This document shows, in pieces, positions 16,216 through 24,891 of a stretch of DNA of 64,000 nucleotides. The position numbers and the translations under genes were made by a program. Under the pieces are notes generated by a model that ran no database searches, was not told the origin of the DNA, and worked only from the letters and a program-made list of their open reading frames with translations. The first letter of the stretch is position 1, and every line of letters starts with the position of its first letter. Source of the stretch: Chitinophaga pinensis (lineage in GTDB: Bacteria; Bacteroidota; Bacteroidia; NS11-12g; UBA9320); the NCBI GenBank assembly GCA_945889315.1, contig CAMDBP010000003.1, forward strand, positions 326-64,325, given 5' to 3'.

Positions 16216-17997
16216 TCATTCTACTGCCATTACTTCTATCCAAGTCTCTCCCAAATTCATAGTTAATTGTGTACCTTTTTGAGGCTGGAGGGTGAAATGG
16301 GGGTCACTGGAAAAGATGAGAAGACCGAGTTGGTGGCCGGCAGGAATGATCTGGTCGTCCGGTTGGAAATTGAAAGTAAGGTTGTAGAAAGTTCCGGGTT
16401 TTAGTGCGTCGCCTTTTTCTAGTGAACGGTGGTTCTGAGGATCGGCCCATGCTCGGTTTACAAGGATGTTATTTAGCTTTAGTTTGCTGGGGTTGAAATC
16501 TATGGGTACAGCAATCAGGTACACAGAAAGGTTTGCTGCTGCTTTGTTGCTCGCAACTTGTAGATGGATGCGTCCAGTTCCTGAAAGGTGTAGTGGGTTT
16601 TCTAAGTTGTTGCTCCAAAAAAGAAGTCGGTTTTCGGCTTTTTTGGGTGAAATGAGGTCAATAGCCGTTAAGCTGGGATCGTCTGTAAAGATTAATGACC
16701 CTTGCGGTTTTTTCTCCGTCGATAGAGTTCCTGTATTTGACTTTTCTGTTTGTGGGTAAAAACGAACGGCTTTTGCTTGAGGATTTGGGAAAGCGTTATA
16801 GGGTTTTGCATCGTTTTCTCCTTTAAGAACAATCCAAGCATCTGCAAGGTTTTCAACACCATTGTTGATGCCATGCAAATACTTGGTAAACCACATGTTC
16901 ATCATCCAAAGGGGAGGAGAGTAGCCATGACCCAATTGGTTGTAGTAAATTTTGGCTGGAAGCCCCATTTTTTTGGCTTGTTCGTAAAAACGAAAACTCT
17001 GCTCTGCCATTACGTTCCAATCTTCAAACCCATGACACATAAACAAGGCCGCTTTCATGCTATCCATTTGTGTCAAGTAGTCACGTGAAGCCCAAAAAGC
17101 ATTATAATCTCCTGTTATTCGATCTTGTCCAGGAACCAACACTTTATCGCGAATCAAGGCGTCATTGTGTGGACGATTTTCCGGGTCGCCACTGTGCACA
17201 AAATCGTACAATATATCCATGTCTTCTCCCAAATAACCGCCCGGAGAACGTACCAAACCATTGGAACGATAGTACAAATACCATGAACTTACCGGGGCAT
17301 TAGGAATAATTGCTTCCAAACCTTTCACTCCCGTACATGCAGCGGCCAAACATAAAGTTCCATTGTAGGAAGTTCCCGTCATACCCACTTTCCCTGTGGA
17401 CCAAAAAGCCGATACGGTGTCCATTCCTGTTCGCGTGGTATATCCAAAAGCTCTTCCGCAAAGCCAATCAATAACCGCTGCCGGCGCGAGTTTTTCGTTT
17501 TCCCCTCCAATGGTTGGTGCACCATCTGAAAATCCTGTTCCAGGCGAAGAAGAATACACGGTTATGTAACCTCTTTTCACCCAAGTAAGATCTTGAAAAT
17601 AAGCTTCAAAAGGACGGTTTTCTTTGCGTTTGGCAACGGCGTGTTTGTGTGGTGGTGGAATTGCCCCAAGTTCATGTTTTACATCCCAATAAAAACTTTT
17701 AGAATCACCTCCTGTTCCAGCAAAATAAGGGCTTGTACTATAAATTACGGGCAATTTTAGTCCTTGTGTGTTGGTTTGTAAAGGACGGGTTAAAAACACG
17801 TGCATGCGGTCAAGTTTCCCGTCAGAGTCGCTATCGAAGTTGGTTTGTACCCACAATTCTTCTTTGATCCATTCAGAGGGCTTACTAAATTCTGGAACAA
17901 TTTGCGATTCACCTTCATTAAAGATGGGTTTTACGTTTTGTGCGCTTACAGCAGATGTTACAAAACCCAATAAAAGGGCGATTGTTATTTTTCTCAT
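16216..17997 (-). CDS. Xaa-Pro dipeptidyl-peptidase / CocE-NonD family (S15) hydrolase
   Basis: Signal peptide, the catalytic-serine motif GMTGTSYNGT, and a 593-aa size typical of the family. Confidence 0.8.
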   Translation of the reverse strand: MRKITIALLLGFVTSAVSAQNVKPIFNEGESQIVPEFSKPSEWIKEELWVQTNFDSDSDGKLDRMHVFLTRPLQTNTQGLKLPVIYSTSPYFAGTGGDSKSFYWDVKHELGAIPPPHKHAVAKRKENRPFEAYFQDLTWVKRGYITVYSSSPGTGFSDGAPTIGGENEKLAPAAVIDWLCGRAFGYTTRTGMDTVSAFWSTGKVGMTGTSYNGTLCLAAACTGVKGLEAIIPNAPVSSWYLYYRSNGLVRSPGGYLGEDMDILYDFVHSGDPENRPHNDALIRDKVLVPGQDRITGDYNAFWASRDYLTQMDSMKAALFMCHGFEDWNVMAEQSFRFYEQAKKMGLPAKIYYNQLGHGYSPPLWMMNMWFTKYLHGINNGVENLADAWIVLKGENDAKPYNAFPNPQAKAVRFYPQTEKSNTGTLSTEKKPQGSLIFTDDPSLTAIDLISPKKAENRLLFWSNNLENPLHLSGTGRIHLQVASNKAAANLSVYLIAVPIDFNPSKLKLNNILVNRAWADPQNHRSLEKGDALKPGTFYNLTFNFQPDDQIIPAGHQLGLLIFSSDPHFTLQPQKGTQLTMNLGETWIEVMAVE

Positions 17998-18225
17998 TTT
18001 TTTAAATTGTTACTACAGTCTATTCAAATTAGGCATATCATTTTGCAGATTGTCGATGGGCGGGATTTTTATCACAAATATTCATACTAAGCACATACTT
18101 CAAATTTACGAAAAACGGTCACACAAAGCACTGATTGAATACAGACAGACATGTTTTTTGGTGAACTCTGAAACTGGAAAAGCAGTTCCGAAAGGAAACC
18201 TTTAATTTTATGAGGATTTTCCCAT

Positions 18226-18256
18226 AAAAAAAGGAGATACCCGTTTGGATATCTCC
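18226..18256 (-). terminator. rho-independent terminator after tRNA-Leu
   Basis: On the minus strand, AGGAGATA-tccaaacggg-TATCTCCT is followed by T7. Confidence 0.75.
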
Positions 18257-18263
18257 TCTGTTG

Positions 18264-18347
18264 TACTCGGGACGGGACTTGAACCCGTACGCCCGTGAAG
18301 GCACTGGATTTTAAGTCCAGCGTGTCTACCGATTCCACCACCCAAGC
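18264..18347 (-). tRNA. tRNA-Leu (anticodon TAA)
   Basis: The reverse complement GCTTGGGTGGTGGAATCGGTAGACACGCTGGACTTAAAATCCAG...GGGTTCAAGTCCCGTCCCGAGTA folds as a cloverleaf with a long variable arm. The anticodon loop is CTTAAAA. Confidence 0.95.
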
Positions 18348-18450
18348 ATCTTAAATCTCAAACTCGGTAGATGATGAGATTTATGCGCAGCACAAAACGG
18401 TTACCCACAATGTACATACCTTAAACAGTTTAAGGTATTCTGCTAAACTA

Positions 18451-18472
18451 AAAAAGGGATTGCTCCCTTTTT
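18451..18472 (-). terminator. A/T-flanked hairpin after tRNA-Gly (bidirectional terminator-like)
   Basis: AAAAAGGGA-ttgc-TCCCTTTTT. Confidence 0.55.
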
Positions 18473-18482
18473 ATATCGTTTG

Positions 18483-18555
18483 AGCGAAAGACGAGATTCG
18501 AACTCGCGACCTCCACCTTGGCAAGGTGATGCTCTACCAGCTGAGCTACTTTCGC
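18483..18555 (-). tRNA. tRNA-Gly (anticodon GCC)
   Basis: The reverse complement is GCGAAAGTAGCTCAGCTGGTAGAGCATCACCTTGCCAAGGTGGAGGTCGCGAGTTCGAATCTCGTCTTTCGCT. The anticodon loop is TTGCCAA. Confidence 0.95.
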
Positions 18556-18599
18556 TTTATTTGCTTACTTCAATGAACGTTTCCCTCCGTAAGCGGGTG

Positions 18600-18629
18600 C
18601 AAAAATAATCACGATTTTATACCTTGCAA
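18600..18629 (-). promoter_or_regulatory. Bacteroidota sigma-A type promoter upstream of tRNA-Gly
   Basis: On the minus strand, TTG (18629-18627), a 19-nt spacer, then TATTTTTG (18607-18600). This exactly matches TTG-N19-TAnnTTTG, about 45 nt upstream of the tRNA. Confidence 0.55.
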
Positions 18630-18640
18630 TAAGTTTTAAA

Positions 18641-19222
18641 TTATTTTTTAACGAATTCAATAACTAACTCTTGCCCAAGTCTCGGAGCGATTGAATCTAG
18701 GCATTTTTGCACTGTTTTTAACTCAAATTTAGCTTGAAATAAGGCCACGTATTCAGCCGTATTTCCCCCGTAAGGAGGACCATCCTGTTTATCCATCTCA
18801 AAGAGCAATCCGAAAAGTACACCTTCGGTGTTCAAAAGGTGGTGCACGTGCTTTACATATTGGGGCCTTAAGCTTGGGTTCAGTGCACAAAAAAACGTTT
18901 GTTCAAGAAAGACATCAAAACGTTGATCGAGCTCAAAAAAATCGCCTGTTAGATACTGGTCTTCCGGAAATTTAGTCCCACGTCTCATCAACAAGGACTT
19001 GGCATCGGCTGCGAAGTCTAGCGCATATACATGAGTGTAGCCCTTATTCCACAAATACTCAGCTTCATAGCCACTTCCAGCGCCTGGTATAAGTACTCTA
19101 GCGTCTTTGGCGATATTTTGCTCTACATAGTCGGTGAGCACTTTATTGGAATAACCGATATCCCACGGAAAGTCATCCTGAGCGTACCTGTTTTGCCAAT
19201 AAGCAGCATCCAGTTTACTCAT
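18641..19222 (-). CDS. SAM-dependent methyltransferase, thiopurine/thiol (TPMT) family
   Basis: YWQNRY..DFPWDIG at the N-terminus, the VLIPGAGSGYEA SAM motif, and a length of 193 aa. Confidence 0.75.
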   Translation of the reverse strand: MSKLDAAYWQNRYAQDDFPWDIGYSNKVLTDYVEQNIAKDARVLIPGAGSGYEAEYLWNKGYTHVYALDFAADAKSLLMRRGTKFPEDQYLTGDFFELDQRFDVFLEQTFFCALNPSLRPQYVKHVHHLLNTEGVLFGLLFEMDKQDGPPYGGNTAEYVALFQAKFELKTVQKCLDSIAPRLGQELVIEFVKK

Positions 19223-19223
19223 T

Positions 19224-20162
19224 TTATCCTTTTCCTCCGCCTTTTACTGCACCTGCTCCTTTCGTCGATATAGGGGTCTTTATAGATCCACTGGACCTTG
19301 TGCTTGTAGTTGGGGTTGTTCTAGGAGTGGTCGTCCTTGTTGGAGTGTTAGTTCTGGGCGTATTAACGTCTTTATACCGTGTTGAAGTAGGTGCTTCGGG
19401 TGAACTATAAGTAGACTCCTGAGGGGTCTGATATTGCTGAAATAAATGGATCCTAAATCCTACATTAAGAAGTAGTATATCTGTTCGTACTATTTTGTAA
19501 TCACTAAAATCTACTTGGCTCGTCCCTTCTACTTGTTGTATGTTGCGCAATGGCAGGGCAGCTCCTTTATCACCAAAGGTGTACGTAATTCCACTTTCTA
19601 ACGAGAATGACTTATTTAAACGATAACTGCATCCTATTCCTGCGCCGTAATGCAGTCTTGATGTATGCACAATACGACGTGTAGTGGTGTCGGTTTGGTA
19701 ACCGGGATTCCGTGAGATTTCATCTAGTTCTAGTCTTTGACGTGTATTATACTGTCTGTTTCCAATTAAGAAATTGACATAGGGCACAAACTTATCATCG
19801 TCGGTTCCCCAGTTTAACCGCATTACACCCATGGTTGCATACATCGAATTGGTTGCCGTAATGGTTGCCGTGCCTATAATGTTGGGATCGGAAAGTTCTA
19901 AGTTTTCAAATTTTTTGGACTGCATGTTAGCAAAATCCAATTGTACTCCTGCCTGTACATTCAACATAGATTTGGATGGGTACCTGCTGCTGAGGTAGCT
20001 TACATTTACACCATAGCCATTGTCATATTTTATATCTTTCAACTCACTTTGCGGGCAAGCGGTATGAAAACCAATTCCCAAATATCCTTTACTTTCTTGT
20101 GCGTTGGCGTACAAGCTTGTAACGGCACATAAAACGAATAGGCTATTTTTAAGACTTCGCAT
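19224..20162 (-). CDS. outer-membrane beta-barrel protein with Pro/Thr-rich C-terminal tail
   Basis: Signal peptide and beta-strand periodicity. The C-terminus is low complexity (NTPRTNTPTRTTTPRTTPTTSTR...GGGKG). Confidence 0.6.
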   Translation of the reverse strand: MRSLKNSLFVLCAVTSLYANAQESKGYLGIGFHTACPQSELKDIKYDNGYGVNVSYLSSRYPSKSMLNVQAGVQLDFANMQSKKFENLELSDPNIIGTATITATNSMYATMGVMRLNWGTDDDKFVPYVNFLIGNRQYNTRQRLELDEISRNPGYQTDTTTRRIVHTSRLHYGAGIGCSYRLNKSFSLESGITYTFGDKGAALPLRNIQQVEGTSQVDFSDYKIVRTDILLLNVGFRIHLFQQYQTPQESTYSSPEAPTSTRYKDVNTPRTNTPTRTTTPRTTPTTSTRSSGSIKTPISTKGAGAVKGGGKG

Positions 20163-20176
20163 GTTTCAAATGTAGG

Positions 20177-20506
20177 TTATTCCTTTAATTTTGGGTTTTC
20201 ACTGTGCCGCGTGGCATCGCGAGTCGTTTTTTTAGCTAAATTCTGGTGTAATGCGTCTTCTAAATTAATGCCACATTGATTGGCTAAGCACATAAGTACA
20301 AAAAGCACATCTGCCATCTCATCACCTAAGTCTACCGCCTTATCCGACTCTTTAAAGCTCTGCTCACCATAGGTACGGCTCATAATACGCGCTACTTCAC
20401 CCACTTCTTCCATCAGTATAGCCGTATTGGTAAGTGGATCAAAATAACGAACACCAACGGTAGTAATCCATTCGTCAATGGTTTTTTGTGCTTCGGTAAT
20501 GGTCAT
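20177..20506 (-). CDS. MazG-type nucleotide pyrophosphohydrolase
   Basis: EEVGEVA and LGDEMADVLF are motifs of the all-alpha NTP-PPase family. Length is 109 aa. Confidence 0.8.
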   Translation of the reverse strand: MTITEAQKTIDEWITTVGVRYFDPLTNTAILMEEVGEVARIMSRTYGEQSFKESDKAVDLGDEMADVLFVLMCLANQCGINLEDALHQNLAKKTTRDATRHSENPKLKE

Positions 20507-20554
20507 ACGGGCAAAAATATCTGCTTTACTTGAATAACGCGATATCGTAGTGCA

Positions 20555-22981
20555 CTAAAAACTCCACGTACTGGTGTTGGCATTGTAGGGATTTAAGGAA
20601 AATTTAAATCCTGAGGTTAGCCCTTGTGTGTTAGAACGAGCTAAGACGTAATAGATACCCAGTTTTAGGCGTTCTCGTCCGAGTTTTAAAATACGATTGG
20701 CACCAACTAAAACTTCAGAGTATTGGTAGCTTCTTTCGGGCACAAACAAAATGCCGCCTCCTACCGTCGTTTTAATACCTAATTGTTTAATGCCAGGTAT
20801 CTTACTGGTAATAAAACCATTGAAATCATGTAGGTAATGGCCTTCCAATACCGTTTGAAAAGTGGCAAACGTTGAATCAATTAATTGGTAACCATACATC
20901 GGAGGGATAAGCAAAAGAGGATCGCCACCGCGTTGGTAACGATAATCCATAATACGCAATCTACTTGTATCTAAAAATCCACCCAGGTTTATAGCGTATT
21001 CCGATGTGCCAAAAATGCCAATGTTGAATTTTTGATTAATCCCAAAATCAAGTGATTTGTACTTCGTGCTAGATCCCCAAATACCCGTTAACGCCTGCCG
21101 GTAGACCAACGAGAATGTGGGGTATTTTGATCCTAGAATTATCTTTTGTCGTGGTTCTTGAATATAGAGTTGTTTCGGCGTGTACGATACGCCAATGGTG
21201 GCTTCAAAAGCAGAATGGGTTGCAAAGGTGTACGGTGTGTTATTTACGAAAGCACTATCAAAATCGGTGTTAAACTTAAAATCACCCAAGTCTTTTCTCA
21301 GGGTATTACGTAGGCCAGCATTGAGGTAAAGTCCATTGATAATCTCGTTTGAATGATTCAACACGAGGTAATTCTCTTCGTAGAAATTATTGCGGTTAAA
21401 TATATCGCGAATGGTCGCAAAATTATTAACAAAGCCAAAGTACTTCCCGGCATTCAGTGAGATAGTGGATTGCTTTTTGGGATTGTACAGGTAGCGTATG
21501 CCCAGATTGCCTTTTAGGTCACCATTCCTAAATCCGTAATTTAAAAAAGGTGCGATATAGAGCGATTTGTAATTCTCGTACTTTTTATAATAGGTAACCG
21601 AATATCGCAGTCTAAAACCTCCAATAGCCACGGGATCTATTAGGCCAATTGCAGGGTTGAAATTCCAAAGTGTTTTTTTCTCTCGGTTAATAAAGCTGTA
21701 GCCCGTCCACAGTATTTTGAGGACTGTTGGTTTATTAAAAACAGAATCTACGGAATCTAAGTAATGCTTACTGAGGCGCACCCGTTGTATACTGTCTTGG
21801 TAATTCATAAAGATGCGTTCGTTCTGTGTGAGTGGGATGGGGCGCAGTAATGACCAAAAAGAAGTGTCTTTTTCGTAGGCATCTTCAGAAGTTATTCCTA
21901 CCTCGTCATTGAAGAATTTTTTGGCGTATGTGCTGTCAAAACTGTAATTCGTGTAGCGAACGTCACAATGCCCAGTGGACTTGCTCATGCCGTTTTTAAT
22001 CTGCCAATCTAATCGTTCAGTGATTAACACGCGTCGGTTATTTACGATTATATATTCTTGCGCAATACGGAAGGCATCGTACAGAATAAGTGAGTTTTTG
22101 CTCACGTCTAAGTTAACGCTTTTAAGGGTAAACAGACTGTCCCAGATTTCTAGTTCTCCTGAAAACAGGGCGTTTCCCATTTTTCTAGGTGTAACGCGAA
22201 TGGTGTACACCTTTAAGTCTCCCTCAAAACGGGATCCCAGCAGTTTATACTTATAGGCGAGCATAGCGGTAGTACTTAGTGGGGATATGTAGGCATTGTC
22301 ACCGAGTCTTTTGGAGGTAATTAGATTCTGATAAAAGTCAAAGTCAGCATCGGTAGTAGACGTAAAAAAGAGGGTTTGCTGGTTTCCTAATTTTTTGGCA
22401 GCGATTTTCTCTTCTTTAAATCCGGAAGGCGGTTTGATGTGCTGCACGAAGTTACCTTCAAATAGATTGAGTTTTGGGATACTATCTGCAAGTTCAAAAG
22501 GGTCGTCGTCTTCAGGTTCATCCTTTTTTTGTTTTTCTTTCTTAGGGCCTGACACGCTATTTTCTTCTACACTTTTTACATAGATGCTTCGCTTTTGCGT
22601 TGTGTATTGATTGCTGTAAATATCCTTTCTGTCAATGGTTTTTTGAATAATTTCATACGACAAGTCCTTCTTTTTATTGGATATTTGTACAGTGCCTAAT
22701 TCAGTATCCGTTAGTTCTAAAATGATGTTTTGGGTGATTTTGGGCTTGATAATTAAGTCTACATATTGCGGAGTGTAGCCCATGTGGGAAAACGAGATTC
22801 TATTTAAACCATCGGGTAAACGTAATTCGTATTGGCCTTTTTCATTGGTTACGGTACCTACACCTAACTGGGTTGCTCGTACATAAACTCCTTGTAAAGG
22901 AACTGCTTGGTCATCGGTAACATAACCGCGAAGCGTGCTGTATTCTTGCGCATGGGAAAGATAGCAACAGCATAAGAGCAA
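20555..22981 (-). CDS. carboxypeptidase-regulatory-like domain + DUF5686-like large outer-membrane protein
   Basis: N-terminal LRGYVTD...PLQGVYV (CarboxypepD_reg-like), a size of ~810 aa, and a C-terminal ...TSTWSF. The true start is probably upstream at CTG 23002 or ATC 23008. Confidence 0.6.
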   Translation of the reverse strand: MLLCCCYLSHAQEYSTLRGYVTDDQAVPLQGVYVRATQLGVGTVTNEKGQYELRLPDGLNRISFSHMGYTPQYVDLIIKPKITQNIILELTDTELGTVQISNKKKDLSYEIIQKTIDRKDIYSNQYTTQKRSIYVKSVEENSVSGPKKEKQKKDEPEDDDPFELADSIPKLNLFEGNFVQHIKPPSGFKEEKIAAKKLGNQQTLFFTSTTDADFDFYQNLITSKRLGDNAYISPLSTTAMLAYKYKLLGSRFEGDLKVYTIRVTPRKMGNALFSGELEIWDSLFTLKSVNLDVSKNSLILYDAFRIAQEYIIVNNRRVLITERLDWQIKNGMSKSTGHCDVRYTNYSFDSTYAKKFFNDEVGITSEDAYEKDTSFWSLLRPIPLTQNERIFMNYQDSIQRVRLSKHYLDSVDSVFNKPTVLKILWTGYSFINREKKTLWNFNPAIGLIDPVAIGGFRLRYSVTYYKKYENYKSLYIAPFLNYGFRNGDLKGNLGIRYLYNPKKQSTISLNAGKYFGFVNNFATIRDIFNRNNFYEENYLVLNHSNEIINGLYLNAGLRNTLRKDLGDFKFNTDFDSAFVNNTPYTFATHSAFEATIGVSYTPKQLYIQEPRQKIILGSKYPTFSLVYRQALTGIWGSSTKYKSLDFGINQKFNIGIFGTSEYAINLGGFLDTSRLRIMDYRYQRGGDPLLLIPPMYGYQLIDSTFATFQTVLEGHYLHDFNGFITSKIPGIKQLGIKTTVGGGILFVPERSYQYSEVLVGANRILKLGRERLKLGIYYVLARSNTQGLTSGFKFSLNPYNANTSTWSF

Positions 22982-23170
22982 TATGAAGGCGAAATATTTC
23001 AGATAGATGGGCTAAAAAGAAGAATACGTTTTTGATTTAATGTGGTTACAAAAATGAATCGATTAGCGACTTTTTGGTCATCAAATCGATAAAATAAAAA
23101 AAGTTTCTGCTTTATTATTTTTTAGGCTTAAAAATATGTTTTACGAAACGTCTACGTAGCTTTGCAAGCT

Positions 23171-24676
23171 ATGAACAAAAAAGTAGTACTGTTGATCCTA
23201 GACGGCTGGGGAATTGGGAAAAAAGATGCTTCTAATGCGATTTTTACTGCGCAAACGCCATTTATAGACAGCTTAGCGAATCATCCAAGTGCCAACATCA
23301 AAACCTTTGGGGAAAATGTGGGGCTTCCGGAGGGTCAAATGGGAAATTCTGAAGTGGGACACATGAACATAGGCGCAGGTCGCGTAGTATGGCAAATGCT
23401 CGTGCGTATCAACAAAGCCTTCAGAGATCGCGAGGTACTACAACTCAAAAACATGGTTGAAATGCTCCGTGTAGCGCGAGAAAATCCGAATAGAAAGATC
23501 CACTTGATGGGGTTAGTTAGTGACGGTGGAGTACACAGCAGCTTAGATCACTTAATCGCCCTTACTCGCTTATTTAACGAGCAAGGAATAGATAATCGCG
23601 TTTTTATACACGCCTTCACCGATGGGAGAGATACCGATCCACAAAATGGTTTAGGCTATTTGAATCAGCTCACCGAATCAGAATATTTCGGAAAAACTAC
23701 CTTGGCGAGCATTTGTGGGAGGTATTACGCCATGGACAGGGATAAACGATGGGAACGCACCAAACTGGCCTATGATGCTCTTGTGCATGGCATAGGCGAA
23801 ACGGCTAGCGACTACAAAAAAGCGATGAAGGATAGCTATGCTGCTGGTGTTACCGACGAGTTTATAAAGCCCATACTATTGAGTAAAAACGGCCAGATTG
23901 AAGAAGATGATATTGTATTGTGTTTCAACTTTAGAACGGATAGAGGTCGACAAATAAGTACCGTACTTACTCAGGAGGATATGCCCGAAATGGATATGAA
24001 AACGGTAAACATTCATTATTTTACCATGACCGAGTTCGACAAAACGTACCACGATGTGAATGTGTTATTTGAGGGTCAAGATCTAAAAAATACGCTGGGT
24101 GAAGTATTGTCTAGCCATGGCAAAAAACAACTTCGCGCTGCCGAAACCGAGAAATATCCGCACGTTACGTTCTTTTTTAATGGAGGTCGTGAAGCCCCTT
24201 TTGAACGCGAAGACCGGACCATGGCAAGTTCACCAAAGGTTGCAACCTATGACTTACAACCCGAAATGAGCGCCGTAGAACTCACCGATAAGGTGATAAA
24301 CGCCATGAACAGCACCAACTACGATTTTGTGTGCGTAAACTATGCCAACCCAGATATGGTAGGTCATACAGGTGTGTTTAGTGCCATCGTAAAAGCATGC
24401 GAAACAGTTGATTCATGCGCCCAACAATTGGTGGAATACGGTAGAAGCAAAGGTTATTCATTTATCATAATAGCCGACCATGGAAATGCAGAACTAGCTG
24501 TAAATGAAGACGGCAGTCCGAATACGGCACACACCACGAACTTAGTCCCTATTTATCTTATAGATGACGATATTACCTTGATTTGCGAAGGAAAGCTGGC
24601 TGATATCGCACCTACGGTATTGCAGTTGTTGGATATTCCCGTACCTGAAGAATTTGACGGCGTAAGTCTTATCTAA
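23171..24676 (+). CDS. gpmI: 2,3-bisphosphoglycerate-independent phosphoglycerate mutase
   Basis: MNKKVVLLILDGWG, GNSEVGHMNIGAGR and ADHGNAE are hallmark motifs. The ATG at 23171 is preferred to the TTG at 23162. Confidence 0.95.
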   Translation: MNKKVVLLILDGWGIGKKDASNAIFTAQTPFIDSLANHPSANIKTFGENVGLPEGQMGNSEVGHMNIGAGRVVWQMLVRINKAFRDREVLQLKNMVEMLRVARENPNRKIHLMGLVSDGGVHSSLDHLIALTRLFNEQGIDNRVFIHAFTDGRDTDPQNGLGYLNQLTESEYFGKTTLASICGRYYAMDRDKRWERTKLAYDALVHGIGETASDYKKAMKDSYAAGVTDEFIKPILLSKNGQIEEDDIVLCFNFRTDRGRQISTVLTQEDMPEMDMKTVNIHYFTMTEFDKTYHDVNVLFEGQDLKNTLGEVLSSHGKKQLRAAETEKYPHVTFFFNGGREAPFEREDRTMASSPKVATYDLQPEMSAVELTDKVINAMNSTNYDFVCVNYANPDMVGHTGVFSAIVKACETVDSCAQQLVEYGRSKGYSFIIIADHGNAELAVNEDGSPNTAHTTNLVPIYLIDDDITLICEGKLADIAPTVLQLLDIPVPEEFDGVSLI

Positions 24677-24891
24677 TCATATATCGGCTGTTTGTTATCC
24701 TAAATGGTTTTTTTGGAACGATTCTATAAATAGTAATACTCTTATTCAATATTATCATGCACTTGGGGTATTGCCCGAAATAGTGCAATAGCGTTCTCTA
24801 ATTTTCGTAAAATTAGTACTTGTGGGTAAGGTGAAATACCTAAAGCTCCACAAATTTCGTTTCTTTGCTTTGCTTACTCGCTCTAAACGCT

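Noticed and set aside
16466-18205. Plus-strand ORFs overlapping the S15 peptidase gene (16466..16759, 16750..17088, 17070..17303, 17768..18205)
   Set aside because: They are antisense to a strongly supported CDS and have no motifs.
18087-18341. ORFs 18087..18341 and 18119..18304 (84 and 61 aa)
   Set aside because: They overlap tRNA-Leu and its terminator on the same strand, so they are spurious.
23157-23173. TAGCTTTG (-7-box-like) 6 nt upstream of the gpmI ATG, suggesting a near-leaderless mRNA
   Set aside because: There is no TTG -33 element at the expected 17-21 nt spacing, so a single 8-mer match is insufficient. It was used only as a minor argument against the TTG 23162 start.
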